From a virus (Duplodnaviria > Caudoviricetes), in IMG/VR virus record IMGVR_UViG_3300036783_000080, positions 64,001 to 128,000 of that record: DNA of 64,000 nucleotides. One strand, given 5' to 3'. The notes beneath the pieces were generated by a model, which worked only from the letters and a program-made list of their open reading frames with translations, searched no databases and was not told the origin of the DNA. The translations under genes and the position numbers were made by a program. Of the stretch, positions 28,700-38,218 are shown piece by piece; within the stretch, counting starts at the first letter, position 1; each line of letters opens with the position of its first letter.

Positions 28700-29182
28700 T
28701 TACTTCATAACTCTATCTTTTTGAGTAGGTACTGCAGAGACTACATCATTGAATGTAATGTCGTATTTCTTTCCCTGAACCTTTACTTCAAACGTTGTAT
28801 TCTTGCTCAAAGAAAGGTCTTCAGAGATAATTCCAGCCATCCGAATACCGTTATTGTCGAACTGTACTGTCCATCCTTGTGGAATCTTACGAGCTTTTGT
28901 GATATCAATGATTTTGTTTTTTGGTCCAAATTCATCGTCTGGGTCATAGAACTTTCGGCACGCCGCTTCATTAGTTTCCGCAGGAACGATTGAACGAAGA
29001 GATTGTCCAGTCACCATTTTGTAACGAACTGCAAAGAATTTAAGTTCAAATGTAGGAAGGTCATTGTCTTGTTTTACTGTCGCCCAAGCTTCCTTAAGAT
29101 GTGACGCAGGAGTTCCGCCTTTCTCCTGAGACAATTTCTTAGCCAATTCACATGCCATACTTCTTAAGTTATCCTTTTTCAT
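28700..29182 (-). CDS. hypothetical protein
   Basis: AAAGGAG RBS; terminator at 28674-28701. Confidence 0.75.
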   Translation of the reverse strand: MKKDNLRSMACELAKKLSQEKGGTPASHLKEAWATVKQDNDLPTFELKFFAVRYKMVTGQSLRSIVPAETNEAACRKFYDPDDEFGPKNKIIDITKARKIPQGWTVQFDNNGIRMAGIISEDLSLSKNTTFEVKVQGKKYDITFNDVVSAVPTQKDRVMK

Positions 29183-29285
29183 GTTATAACTCTCCTTTTA
29201 ATTTGAATTTTAAGCTGTGAGACTGATTGACTATTTGAATTTAAATTCTCTGACAGCTAATTAATTGTTAACCGTTGCTAATGGT

Positions 29286-29624
29286 TTACAGTTTGTTTAG
29301 GTGTTTGATAAACTCTCGTATACAATCATATTTATTAATCTCACGTGTTTTTTCTATCGTTGTTACTATTTTATCCGCAATTGTCATTTTAATTCCTATT
29401 AAATCACTTTCTGGATAATCTTCTATTTTTATTTCATAAGGTTTTCCATTTAGCAAGATAGCGGCGTCACCTGGCGTCACATTGAACGCCATATCCGCAG
29501 TTTCAACTATGTTCTCTTGTTTCAAGCTTTCGTTACCATATTTTCTCATTTCATTATCACTCAAAATTAAAGTTGTAACATCTGACAACACCATATTTTC
29601 ATGTTTAACATTTTTAAATCTCAT
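29286..29624 (-). CDS. hypothetical protein
   Basis: AGGAGG RBS. Confidence 0.75.
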   Translation of the reverse strand: MRFKNVKHENMVLSDVTTLILSDNEMRKYGNESLKQENIVETADMAFNVTPGDAAILLNGKPYEIKIEDYPESDLIGIKMTIADKIVTTIEKTREINKYDCIREFIKHLNKL

Positions 29625-29635
29625 TTTAATTCCTC

Positions 29636-29854
29636 CTATTTTTCGAATGTAAATTTTCTTGTCGATAATCTATTTTGACCAAAACATTTAATGTCTGCAA
29701 CATTATATGCTTTCTTATATCCTCTTTTCTTTGCGTAACTACAAGCCAAGGTTGCTGTCGCTCCTCTATCTAGTTCGCTTGGGTCATCTGCCCCAACTAC
29801 TACAACAAACATTTTTCCAGAGCGGTAAGAGTCAACCACCTTCATAACATTCAC
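29636..29854 (-). CDS. hypothetical early protein
   Basis: ORF behind sigmaA promoter. Confidence 0.7.
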   Translation of the reverse strand: MNVMKVVDSYRSGKMFVVVVGADDPSELDRGATATLACSYAKKRGYKKAYNVADIKCFGQNRLSTRKFTFEK

Positions 29855-29895
29855 TTTCCCTTCTTGGTAATTGGTTTTTATTACCTTACAACTTC

Positions 29896-29924
29896 ATTAT
29901 AATATATCTTGTCCCTTATTTCAA
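29896..29924 (-). promoter_or_regulatory. sigmaA-type early promoter
   Basis: TTGAAA-17-TATAAT, TTGTAAG leader. Confidence 0.8.
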
Positions 29925-29950
29925 GCATTTATACCAAAAATTGTAACAAT

Positions 29951-32482
29951 TTATTTCTTTTTCTTATTGCCCACGCTCATTAACAAAAGCTCATCCTCAA
30001 GTATAGCTTCTTGTACTTCTTCTATCGGCTTTCCATACTTCGTTAAACATTCTTTGATATATTCAGAATTGTCATATACTTGTAACCCACGTTTGTATGG
30101 TAAATCGTTCATCTTAACTCGGATAACTGGTTGATTCTTCTTATCTGCCAATACTCCAACCATAGCTTCATGCATTTTAAGCTCCATACAGTCTTCTAAA
30201 CTGAAATCTGGTTCAATACGATGCAAGAACTTCTTCCATAACTTATCACTATTTTGTTTTAATACAACAAAGTTACAACCAGAAGATATCATTATGTCTC
30301 CTAAATCTTTAGGAATCTGTGCGAAGTCGTGGAATAAACTAAACACACATAATCCGAACTTTCGTGACTCTGGATAGATTTCTTCAAGCGTTGAAGCTAA
30401 TGATTTAGTAAGGAATTGATGTGGCTCGTTCATTACAAGATAGGATTGACAATACTTTCCTTGTCGCTTCATAGCTTGTTTTGCCAACCAAGTCTTAACT
30501 GTTAACCAATGAACCAAAGTTCTTATCCCTGTTGAAGTGAATATATCTTTCGGAACTTTACAAATAATAACCTTCCCATCATACAACCATTCGTCAAAGT
30601 TGATAGAGCCATCACCTTGTTGTCCAAAGATAACTTTTAATGCTGGGTCACCGACAAGTTTGTGTAAGCGATTCAGGATTGGGTCGGCAATCTGTTTCTT
30701 TCGTCCATCTCCAATCTCTTGATAGAGCTTCCAGAAAGCCGCTGTTGAGATGTCTTTTCTCTTTTCGCAGTCAGCTATTGTCTTTTCAAGGAACTCAGGA
30801 GATGTAAACATTAAGCCCATCTGAATAACTGTTCCATTTGGTAATGCTTTCGCCGCTTCTCTCAAATAACGTTCCGTTTGAACGCCAGCTTCATCCTCTG
30901 TTTCAAAGAACTTCACCAATTCAGAAGCGAACTTGTTTTGTGTAAATCGGTCTTCCGTTCTCATTGCCTCAACCCAATCTAAATACGGCACATACTCTTC
31001 ATTTCCGAAATCTAACACTACAAGCTTCTCTGGAGGTAATGTTTTGATAATCGCATCCGACATCCCTCTGTCAACTTCGTCAACTACGTCCAATATAACC
31101 GCCCCTTTACCCATCAGAGCGTTTTCAACTATAAAGTTAGCGGCGAACGTATCTTTTCCACTTCCCATAATACCAGAGCTTATAATTGGAAGCATAGCTT
31201 CATCAGGATTATCAGCAGGAAAGAACGTTTCAAACTCTTCTCCTTTATAGGAAGTTTTACCAAGGAAGACTCCAGTTGGTTTCAAGAACACATCAGGAAT
31301 CCCAACTTCAGACCTTTGTAGCACATCCATTTTATCTCCATAAATCTTCTGAAGCTTTGAAGTTGGAAGTTGCATAACCTTTCCCAGCTCTCTATCACAC
31401 ATTATCATATAATCTGTATCGGCTACAGATAGCGGCGTCACCTTATGTTCACTTATTTCTTTATGAGCCATTTTAAAGAAAGAGCTTGAAGGATTCTCAT
31501 ATATAGTCGTTCTTATGAGAGCGTTGTTGGAATCCTTCAAATCATCAAAAGCATTCGTCAAAGATTTCATATTCATCGTTCTTCTCACTTCATCTGTACT
31601 ATGACTTGCTACACGGATATTTGCTTTGAATACTGGAGCTGTCTGTTTATATCCAGTTTGTCTTGAAATCCCTCCCACTTCTCTTGTCTCTGCTGAAGCG
31701 TGGTTGACAACTATTTGTTGAGTTTTCTGTTTCTTGAACGCTATTGAATGAAGCTCTCTAAACATAAGAGACAATTTATGGAAAGCTATGTCACTCAATC
31801 CAAATAACGCTCCTATGACTCCATCTTTGGTGATTCTTAATCTTATTGGAGCTTTACCCTTCAATGTTTTCTTATGCCACTCTTCGCACTTGTAAGACCA
31901 GTAATTCATATCAGAGGGTTTAACCCTCATAGAGAACTTAAGTACGTCACCTTCTCGGATATCTTCAGAGCAAGCCAGTACATCTTGTACTGGTTGAGCT
32001 TGCTCCCCATAATCCGTTTTAATACTGAAGAAGTTATGTCTTTGTAAATTCATATCGGCTATGGTTGTATCATCATAAGGAATCGCTGTTTCAGAAACAT
32101 CAACCTCCTCAATTGGAGCTTTCGGAAATGATTGTGTAAGTTTTAATAGTACAAAATCAGCATTCTCTTCGTAGCAGACCACATAGAAGCTTATTTCATT
32201 TTCTTTCATCATTATCTCATACCATATATAGTCTGTGGACGGTTTGAATACCATTTTGTACCCTTTCTTTTCCTTCTTCATAAACGTATCAGCCACTAAA
32301 TTCTTCACGCCGCTCGTTACTTGTTGCATAACGTTCTTACTTTCTAGTTCAGCCACATCCTTGAAGAACTTATAGTTGGAGTGGTTTGTTATGGACTTAT
32401 CTGGAACAATTTTAAAGCAAACCAGATTCTGTTTCTGTACTTCAAAGAGTTGAGGAATACTTCTCCAATTAGTTGAACTCAT
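29951..32482 (-). CDS. VirD4/TraG/HerA-like P-loop ATPase
   Basis: GIMGSGKD Walker A, AVILD, PILNRL, YLVMNEPHQF Walker B, ESRKFGL. Confidence 0.75.
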   Translation of the reverse strand: MSSTNWRSIPQLFEVQKQNLVCFKIVPDKSITNHSNYKFFKDVAELESKNVMQQVTSGVKNLVADTFMKKEKKGYKMVFKPSTDYIWYEIMMKENEISFYVVCYEENADFVLLKLTQSFPKAPIEEVDVSETAIPYDDTTIADMNLQRHNFFSIKTDYGEQAQPVQDVLACSEDIREGDVLKFSMRVKPSDMNYWSYKCEEWHKKTLKGKAPIRLRITKDGVIGALFGLSDIAFHKLSLMFRELHSIAFKKQKTQQIVVNHASAETREVGGISRQTGYKQTAPVFKANIRVASHSTDEVRRTMNMKSLTNAFDDLKDSNNALIRTTIYENPSSSFFKMAHKEISEHKVTPLSVADTDYMIMCDRELGKVMQLPTSKLQKIYGDKMDVLQRSEVGIPDVFLKPTGVFLGKTSYKGEEFETFFPADNPDEAMLPIISSGIMGSGKDTFAANFIVENALMGKGAVILDVVDEVDRGMSDAIIKTLPPEKLVVLDFGNEEYVPYLDWVEAMRTEDRFTQNKFASELVKFFETEDEAGVQTERYLREAAKALPNGTVIQMGLMFTSPEFLEKTIADCEKRKDISTAAFWKLYQEIGDGRKKQIADPILNRLHKLVGDPALKVIFGQQGDGSINFDEWLYDGKVIICKVPKDIFTSTGIRTLVHWLTVKTWLAKQAMKRQGKYCQSYLVMNEPHQFLTKSLASTLEEIYPESRKFGLCVFSLFHDFAQIPKDLGDIMISSGCNFVVLKQNSDKLWKKFLHRIEPDFSLEDCMELKMHEAMVGVLADKKNQPVIRVKMNDLPYKRGLQVYDNSEYIKECLTKYGKPIEEVQEAILEDELLLMSVGNKKKK

Positions 32483-33020
32483 GACTAATCACCCGTATGA
32501 TAGCACCCAACGCCCAAGCCATCATTCCCCACACATAAGGTTTTCCGTTGCCCCAAGCCATCGTTAGTATGAAGCAGCAAAGACCTACTGTTGTCAACGC
32601 TAAAGGACTGACTTCAAGTGTCTTAATAAACAACCAGTGAAATCCGTCTAACATCGCTTGACCTACTGGAGCAAATATTGAGTTGATAACTCCTCCATCG
32701 TTTTCAGCTATGTCTTTTATGTTATGAACGTGCTCATTTAGAAACCCTTGCGGGATTGTTACGTGTGGTGCGGTTGGGTCTACAAGTATTTCTGTTCCAT
32801 CTGGAGCTGAAGTTGCTTCTGGTATCTTAAATTCATGTAATGGTGGCGGCTCTGGGTTTGGTTGTAGTATCTCTGAAGGAGATGGAAGTGTTGGAGATAC
32901 TGGTTGACTCCCGTGAAGGTTGAAGTTGAATGGGTTACTGTTTTGTACAGGCGGCTGTTCTCTTAATGGTGCCAAAGCAATTTTAATCGTATGGAATCCG
33001 CTTTTCATTTCAATCACCAT
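32469..33020 (-). CDS. proline-rich membrane protein
   Basis: Pro-rich N-terminus, two C-terminal TM helices. Confidence 0.7.
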   Translation of the reverse strand: MVIEMKSGFHTIKIALAPLREQPPVQNSNPFNFNLHGSQPVSPTLPSPSEILQPNPEPPPLHEFKIPEATSAPDGTEILVDPTAPHVTIPQGFLNEHVHNIKDIAENDGGVINSIFAPVGQAMLDGFHWLFIKTLEVSPLALTTVGLCCFILTMAWGNGKPYVWGMMAWALGAIIRVISHEFN

Positions 33021-33097
33021 CCTATTATTAGTCTAACGATACTAATGATAATTCCACCAACCATAAGAAATTCAGCAATAAGTTTTACCTTTTTCAT
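33014..33097 (-). CDS. 27-aa single-TM peptide (not in ORF track)
   Basis: MKKVKLIAEFLMVGGIIISIVRLIIGW, AAGGAG RBS, overlaps next start. Confidence 0.65.
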   Translation of the reverse strand: MKKVKLIAEFLMVGGIIISIVRLIIGW

Positions 33098-33108
33098 TTT
33101 ATCTCTCC

Positions 33109-33528
33109 TTATAGTTGATTTAAGAAACCAATCCAAGCATCTACTTTTCTTGTTGTAATGTAACCAAGAGATAACCAGAACAATCTTTCCATCCCAATCT
33201 TCCCGTTACCAGTCATAATTGCGATACCAGCAATCATACCAAAGATTTTCGCTATTGGGTCAAGAAGTTCCAACAATTTATTTATAAGATGTTCCCATCC
33301 AACTTCTGAAGATGCGGCAACAGTCGTTACTGCCGTTGTAGCGGCGTATACTGCTAATGGAGGTACGGGAGCGTGGAAGATAGCGATAGTTGAAACAACG
33401 CCAACCTTGAATGCTAACTTGTAAGCGTTTTTCTTTCTTTCAGCTTTCTTGATTTCCTTCTTATTCAAAACCACTTTCTCCCCACGACAGAATGATTTGA
33501 AGTCTAACACTTCTTTATGCTTTTTCAT
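33109..33528 (-). CDS. membrane protein, VirB2/TrbC-pilin-like topology
   Basis: basic N-terminus, signal-like helix ending AVYA, two short hydrophobic helices with IMTGNGK loop. Confidence 0.5.
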   Translation of the reverse strand: MKKHKEVLDFKSFCRGEKVVLNKKEIKKAERKKNAYKLAFKVGVVSTIAIFHAPVPPLAVYAATTAVTTVAASSEVGWEHLINKLLELLDPIAKIFGMIAGIAIMTGNGKIGMERLFWLSLGYITTRKVDAWIGFLNQL

Positions 33529-33626
33529 TTTTTCTTCCCTCCAAGTTTGCTCTTTAGTATTAGGTAAGTCCCAAAGCTGACTGAAGCAAATCCCGTCAGA
33601 TACACCGCAACTCCTACAATAGTCAT
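33525..33626 (-). CDS. 33-aa single-TM peptide (not in ORF track)
   Basis: MTIVGVAVYLTGFASVSFGTYLILKSKLGGKKK, GGAGG RBS, ATGA overlap. Confidence 0.65.
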   Translation of the reverse strand: MTIVGVAVYLTGFASVSFGTYLILKSKLGGKKK

Positions 33627-33714
33627 TTTATCCCTCCAGTAATCAGTTGCTTAATATAAGATACGTTGTGGGTGCGTCCTATATTCCGCTTTATTTTAAA
33701 ATTTATTTTTAGAC

Positions 33715-33838
33715 AAAAAGAAAGGATTCCCGTTGATTACAGGAATCCAAGTATATCCACCAAGTGAGGGCAAAGTATCTCTAAAGACACCCGCTTAAAA
33801 GCAAGTGTATTCGCACGCTCGTGAATTCAACCCCATCT
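33715..33838 (-). ncRNA. candidate small RNA
   Basis: TTGACT-16-AACAAT upstream, internal hairpin, terminator GGATTCCTG/CGGGAATCC plus T-run, no RBS-led ORF seen. Confidence 0.4.
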
Positions 33839-33876
33839 ATTGTTAAAGTTTTTTGCAGAAAGTCAAAATTCAGGTC

Positions 33877-33905
33877 GTATAACTTTTATGCGTCAGGGCA
33901 TAATA
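33877..33905 (+). promoter_or_regulatory. sporulation sigmaG/sigmaF-like promoter
   Basis: GTATA-17-CATAATA with GGG before the -10. Confidence 0.5.
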
Positions 33906-33936
33906 GAAGTAACCCACAGGAAAGGATGAGTGTTCT

Positions 33937-34011
33937 ATGGTAGCAGGAGTGGAGTACATTATCATAGGCTATGTCCTCATGGCCATTGGAGAGTTCATAA
34001 TTAAACTTTAA
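33937..34011 (+). CDS. 24-aa hydrophobic peptide (not in ORF track)
   Basis: MVAGVEYIIIGYVLMAIGEFIIKL, AAAGGA RBS, terminator at 34019-34050. Confidence 0.55.
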   Translation: MVAGVEYIIIGYVLMAIGEFIIKL

Positions 34012-34031
34012 ATAAAACAGGAGCAACTTCA

Positions 34032-34310
34032 TCAGTTGCTCCTTACTTTTTCTTTCGCCGCTATTTGATTTAAGAGAAGTTTTCCCCAACGATTTAAAAC
34101 GATTCTTTTTGCCACCGCATCGTTACTTACTATCTCAACCGCTTTAAGGAGAGAATACTTTTGTTTCAAGCCGCTCGCAAACTCTTCCTTCATGTTTACG
34201 TAATCTTTTGTTATTGTATCTAATCCTTGATTTATTAAGGAAGTTCTGTCTTTTGTATCCATAATGTATGTAGCACCAGTATTCTTATTCATAATTGTTA
34301 ACGTAAACAT
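34032..34310 (-). CDS. hypothetical early protein
   Basis: AAAGGAGCG RBS favours ATG 34310. Confidence 0.7.
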   Translation of the reverse strand: MFTLTIMNKNTGATYIMDTKDRTSLINQGLDTITKDYVNMKEEFASGLKQKYSLLKAVEIVSNDAVAKRIVLNRWGKLLLNQIAAKEKVRSN

Positions 34311-34393
34311 ATTAACCGCTCCTTTTTCCACTTGGTAATTGTTCTTTATTAACTTACAAGAACAATCATATTATAGCTTGTCCCAATAGTCAA
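34311..34393 (-). promoter_or_regulatory. early sigmaA-type promoter plus leader
   Basis: TTGACT-17-TATGAT, TTGTAAG, CCAAGTGGAAAAAGGAGCG. Confidence 0.85.
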
Positions 34394-34435
34394 GTGCTTA
34401 TCCGTAAAATTTTGAAAATAAAAAGAGAGCAATTT

Positions 34436-35086
34436 TCATCGCTCTCTTCTCGGTACTTCGAACTTGAACAATACATCGTCTTCTGTCTCAAGTTCTTTTA
34501 TATTCTCCAGTAAGATATCCATTTGTTTCAGATTCTCTTCAATCTCCAAGTTCTCCTCTTGAAGCTCCTGTTGTTGTCGTAGCTTCTTAACAAGAAAATG
34601 AAGCCTAGTGTGGATTGTACTAACGTTGACACCCTCTTCTTCCGCTAGTGAGTGAACGCTTCGTTTATCCCGTAGGATGGACAAGAACAGTTGTTTCTGT
34701 TTCTTTCCCATACTGAAATCATCGTCCCAGCTTAGTATGTTTATTAAATCTTCCAATTCATCCCGTTCTTCAAAACAATCTTTACCAAAAGTTATTTCAT
34801 CGTTGGTAAAGCCTTCAACAACCGTTTCATTCTTTCGCAGTTTAATCGTCTTTGTAATAAAATGATATGTCCTTAGTTCTAACATTCGCTTGATATAGAA
34901 AGGAAAATCAACACCCACTCGTTTATTATATTCAACCACCAGTTTGGCGAATATACTGTTGATTTCTGACATTAAGTCCTCTTTGTCCTCAAGCTTGCTA
35001 AACATTGGATGAAAACGTTTATATGTGGCTAGAATTAAGGGACGGTACTTTTTCATCAGTTCCACGATATCCTTCATAGTTACCAC
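34436..35086 (-). CDS. RNA polymerase sigma70-family factor
   Basis: KYRPLI...EDLMSE...EYNKRVGVDFPFY region 2; HTH SVHSLAEEEGVNVSTIH region 4. Confidence 0.8.
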   Translation of the reverse strand: MVTMKDIVELMKKYRPLILATYKRFHPMFSKLEDKEDLMSEINSIFAKLVVEYNKRVGVDFPFYIKRMLELRTYHFITKTIKLRKNETVVEGFTNDEITFGKDCFEERDELEDLINILSWDDDFSMGKKQKQLFLSILRDKRSVHSLAEEEGVNVSTIHTRLHFLVKKLRQQQELQEENLEIEENLKQMDILLENIKELETEDDVLFKFEVPRRER

Positions 35087-35400
35087 TCCAATAATTCGAT
35101 TGTGTCCATTCCACAGAGTACTGAAGCATAGTTTACTGAAAAGTAAAGATATCCTCTTTCACCCTCCAAATTGAACGTTTCCTTCTTTAATAATACGTGA
35201 TGTTCATACGTCTTTTCGATTAAAACAAGTTGCGGCTGTTTGATATTGGGATTTTGTTGAGTTTTCCAAATAGCTATCTGTCCCACTATTTGCTCAAATT
35301 GATTTCTGTACATACCATAAGTGACGTCAGCCTGTGTCTTTCCTTTTATGGAATAGACATCTTTGTATGACTGTTCTAGGATTTCTTTTAAATATCCCAT
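35080..35400 (-). CDS. hypothetical protein
   Basis: 106-aa ORF in operon. Confidence 0.65.
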   Translation of the reverse strand: MGYLKEILEQSYKDVYSIKGKTQADVTYGMYRNQFEQIVGQIAIWKTQQNPNIKQPQLVLIEKTYEHHVLLKKETFNLEGERGYLYFSVNYASVLCGMDTIELLEW

Positions 35401-35404
35401 ACTA

Positions 35405-36661
35405 TCACTTGTCTAATCTGAATCTTTTAAACTGAGGAAACCGCAGCGACTGCGTACCCTTCTGGTTGCTAGATTCTTCTTGAGCTTCTACCTCAATAAT
35501 TTTCCCAATGTATTCATTTGGATTTCTCCAAACATCATCACGCAGCTTATCTTTCATACCTGAAACATTTACAGTATTTCCTTTATATTCACATACAAAC
35601 GCCCCAAGAGTATTCGCATACTTCCCGTGCGGGTCACCTTGCTCCACACCAACAATCTCTAAATCAAAAGTATCAACAGGCTTGATTTTTAACCAAGAAC
35701 TTTGTTTACCTTGTTTATAGAAGCTGTCAGCATCTTTGACCATAATCCCTTCAAATCCGTTGTCAAGACAAACTTGATAGTATTCATCAATTTTAGGAGA
35801 ATCACCTGGAAGTACATCTGAGAATGCCACCAAACGAGTGTCTTTCTTGTCTTCTTGTTTCTCAAAGATTTCTTTGAGTTGAAGTTTACGCTCTTTTAGT
35901 GTAAGTTTTGACTGGTTATCCCAGAACTCTTGTTCGTCAGCAAGATAGTCAAAGAAATTACAGTAAGCTTCTTTGCCTTCCGCATTAGCAAACGTTGAGT
36001 TTTGCATCTCAGTAAAGTGATTGTTTTTCCCTGTTAATTCTGCGTCATATACGCCATCAGGGAACTTCGCCAGCTCTTTCTCCAAGGAAGCAAACCCAAC
36101 AATGATATGGCCATTTCTGGAGCGTATAGTGACAGTATCACCTTTGACGAAGATAACAGCACGATAGCCATCCAGTTTAGGCTCAATAATGACAAACTTG
36201 GCTCTCTTCTTGACCTTTTGCCAAGCTTTCGCTAACATACATTCAAACGTTGGAATTGTTCCAGGAATTATCTTGTTCACAGTCTTCGCTGAAACTCCAA
36301 CTTTCAAGTCTCTTCTGATAATGCGTCCGTACCAGAGTTGTTCTGGTACGCTTACACTATTCATAAAGTTGTTAACGATTCCAATTGCTTCACCGCCTGT
36401 AAATGTTCTGTTGTTTAATTCCATCAGAATGCGGTCTAGCTTGGCGAATGCTTCCTCATTAATAGTTTTACTTGGATCAGCAGTTACTTCACCATATTCC
36501 TTCAATCCAAAGGTGATAAAGTCATTGAATGTTAAGAAGAAAATTCTTCTAAGCGTTTCATTGTCTTTTCCCTTTTCTAAAATGGCCAACTTTTCATTCT
36601 TTTTCGTTGTACTTCCCAGCTCGTCAAGAAGTTTGAACGCTTGTTCTAACAAATGAAACAT
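35405..36661 (-). CDS. lig: ATP-dependent DNA ligase
   Basis: EPKLDGYR, EGIMVK, WLKIK, SLRFPQF motifs. Confidence 0.95.
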   Translation of the reverse strand: MFHLLEQAFKLLDELGSTTKKNEKLAILEKGKDNETLRRIFFLTFNDFITFGLKEYGEVTADPSKTINEEAFAKLDRILMELNNRTFTGGEAIGIVNNFMNSVSVPEQLWYGRIIRRDLKVGVSAKTVNKIIPGTIPTFECMLAKAWQKVKKRAKFVIIEPKLDGYRAVIFVKGDTVTIRSRNGHIIVGFASLEKELAKFPDGVYDAELTGKNNHFTEMQNSTFANAEGKEAYCNFFDYLADEQEFWDNQSKLTLKERKLQLKEIFEKQEDKKDTRLVAFSDVLPGDSPKIDEYYQVCLDNGFEGIMVKDADSFYKQGKQSSWLKIKPVDTFDLEIVGVEQGDPHGKYANTLGAFVCEYKGNTVNVSGMKDKLRDDVWRNPNEYIGKIIEVEAQEESSNQKGTQSLRFPQFKRFRLDK

Positions 36662-36666
36662 CCCCT

Positions 36667-37152
36667 TTAGCCCATTTTTACGATGATTTTGTCCAATCCT
36701 TCACGTTTGCGTTTCTCTTTACGTTTAACAGACATATACTCATTCACGAACTCCAATACTTGCGATTGGTGAAGGAAGAATAAGCGATGTGCCTTTTTCT
36801 CGTGTAAGAAGTTCTTAATTGACTGACTTGGTTTCCAGCCAACTACTTTACCTGTGAACCCGTGAGTGTCATACTGTTTCAATGTGTTCTCTAGTTCAGA
36901 GGTAATGTTAAGAAAATCACTGAATCGTAAAGCATCTTGACTCTTCAGTCCATTATGATTATACGCTGTAAACGTCCCTACATAAAATCCTGTTTTGCCT
37001 AATGGAGCCAAATGAATTACTACACCACCTGGGTATGCATCGTGATTATCATATTCTCGTAATTCCCAATGGAAACTTCTCATAGCGTTATCCACCGTCA
37101 TAGTGTTATCCATATACTTATCATGTTGTTCATTATTCATAATCTGTCCCAT
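36667..37152 (-). CDS. hypothetical protein
   Basis: 161-aa ORF. Confidence 0.7.
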   Translation of the reverse strand: MGQIMNNEQHDKYMDNTMTVDNAMRSFHWELREYDNHDAYPGGVVIHLAPLGKTGFYVGTFTAYNHNGLKSQDALRFSDFLNITSELENTLKQYDTHGFTGKVVGWKPSQSIKNFLHEKKAHRLFFLHQSQVLEFVNEYMSVKRKEKRKREGLDKIIVKMG

Positions 37153-37169
37153 ATCTCATATCCCCTTTA

Positions 37170-38132
37170 TTAGTTCAAATTTTTAAATGGTTTTGACCAA
37201 GTTTTCAGTTGTTTCAAAATACTTACCATCTGTTTTTCCATCAGAAACTCTTTTACTTTCTTCTCATCAAAGGATTCTTCTTTCTCAAGCTCCTCCAATA
37301 CATAAGGCTCAAGATGTTCCATCGGAATTCGTTCCATATTCATCAAAGCATCATTTCTGTCCAGAATCTCAATATTGTCAAATATCTTCGCAAATGATTT
37401 CTTTTGAATTAGGATTGGTTTTGCTCTCAGAATCCCTTCAATGCTTCCAAACTCTTTTAGAAGTTTCATAGCTCGTACTTCACCAATACCAGGAATCCCA
37501 GGAATCTCATCACTAGAATCACCAACAAGCTTTCGCATCTCCAAATACTGTTCTTTAGCAATCCCTTTCTCTTCCTCAAAGTTATCAGGAGTGTAAAGAG
37601 TTTCTTTGTATGGAGACCAAACAAAAACTCTATCGGACACAAGCTGAAGCATATCTTGGTCAGTCGATACTACTACACATTTTTCTTCTACACTTTTTGT
37701 AACTGTATAGATAAGGTCATCAGCTTCCCAATCGTAAATCTGTAAGGACTTAATACCAAAGTAAGGTAGCGTGTTCTGAAGCGTGTTCATTTGATTCTTG
37801 AATGCTTCATAATCCGCTTTTTCTTCTGGTGTTTTCTCCTCTTTGCGTTTGTGTCTCTTTTCCTTGTAACCTGAGTATATATTCTTTCGGAATACGCTTG
37901 AAGAGATATCCCAAGTGAAAACTACACGCTCAAACTTCTCTTCAATTCCTAGTTGTTCTGACAACGCATCATAGATGTGATTGTGATATCCATCTTCTGA
38001 AGGTTTGAGATAAGACTGAACCATTTGTAGTGAACCGTATATTGCGCCAGTCTTCTCTCCTTGCTTCGTCACCAAGTCTTGAGTCTGATTGGCACGAGCA
38101 GCAAGGTTGTTAGCGTCAATTACTAAAATCAT
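37170..38132 (-). CDS. 5'-3' exonuclease (PolI N-terminal/FEN family)
   Basis: VIDANN, EADD, STDQD, GDSSDEIPGIPGIG. Confidence 0.92.
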   Translation of the reverse strand: MILVIDANNLAARANQTQDLVTKQGEKTGAIYGSLQMVQSYLKPSEDGYHNHIYDALSEQLGIEEKFERVVFTWDISSSVFRKNIYSGYKEKRHKRKEEKTPEEKADYEAFKNQMNTLQNTLPYFGIKSLQIYDWEADDLIYTVTKSVEEKCVVVSTDQDMLQLVSDRVFVWSPYKETLYTPDNFEEEKGIAKEQYLEMRKLVGDSSDEIPGIPGIGEVRAMKLLKEFGSIEGILRAKPILIQKKSFAKIFDNIEILDRNDALMNMERIPMEHLEPYVLEELEKEESFDEKKVKEFLMEKQMVSILKQLKTWSKPFKNLN

Positions 38133-38152
38133 TTTATAACCTCCTCTTTCAT

Positions 38153-38193
38153 CTTACACATAATAAAACGAGTCCCACATAAAATTTTCTCCT
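38153..38193 (-). promoter_or_regulatory. phage-sigma (middle-type) promoter
   Basis: AGGAGA-19-TTTTATTAT-GTGTAAG. Confidence 0.75.
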
Positions 38194-38218
38194 ATTAACA
38201 TAGTATTTTCCCATAACC

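Noticed and set aside
29951-33528. Integrated conjugative element or plasmid
   Set aside because: No relaxase, integrase, att sites or full T4SS; flanks are phage genes
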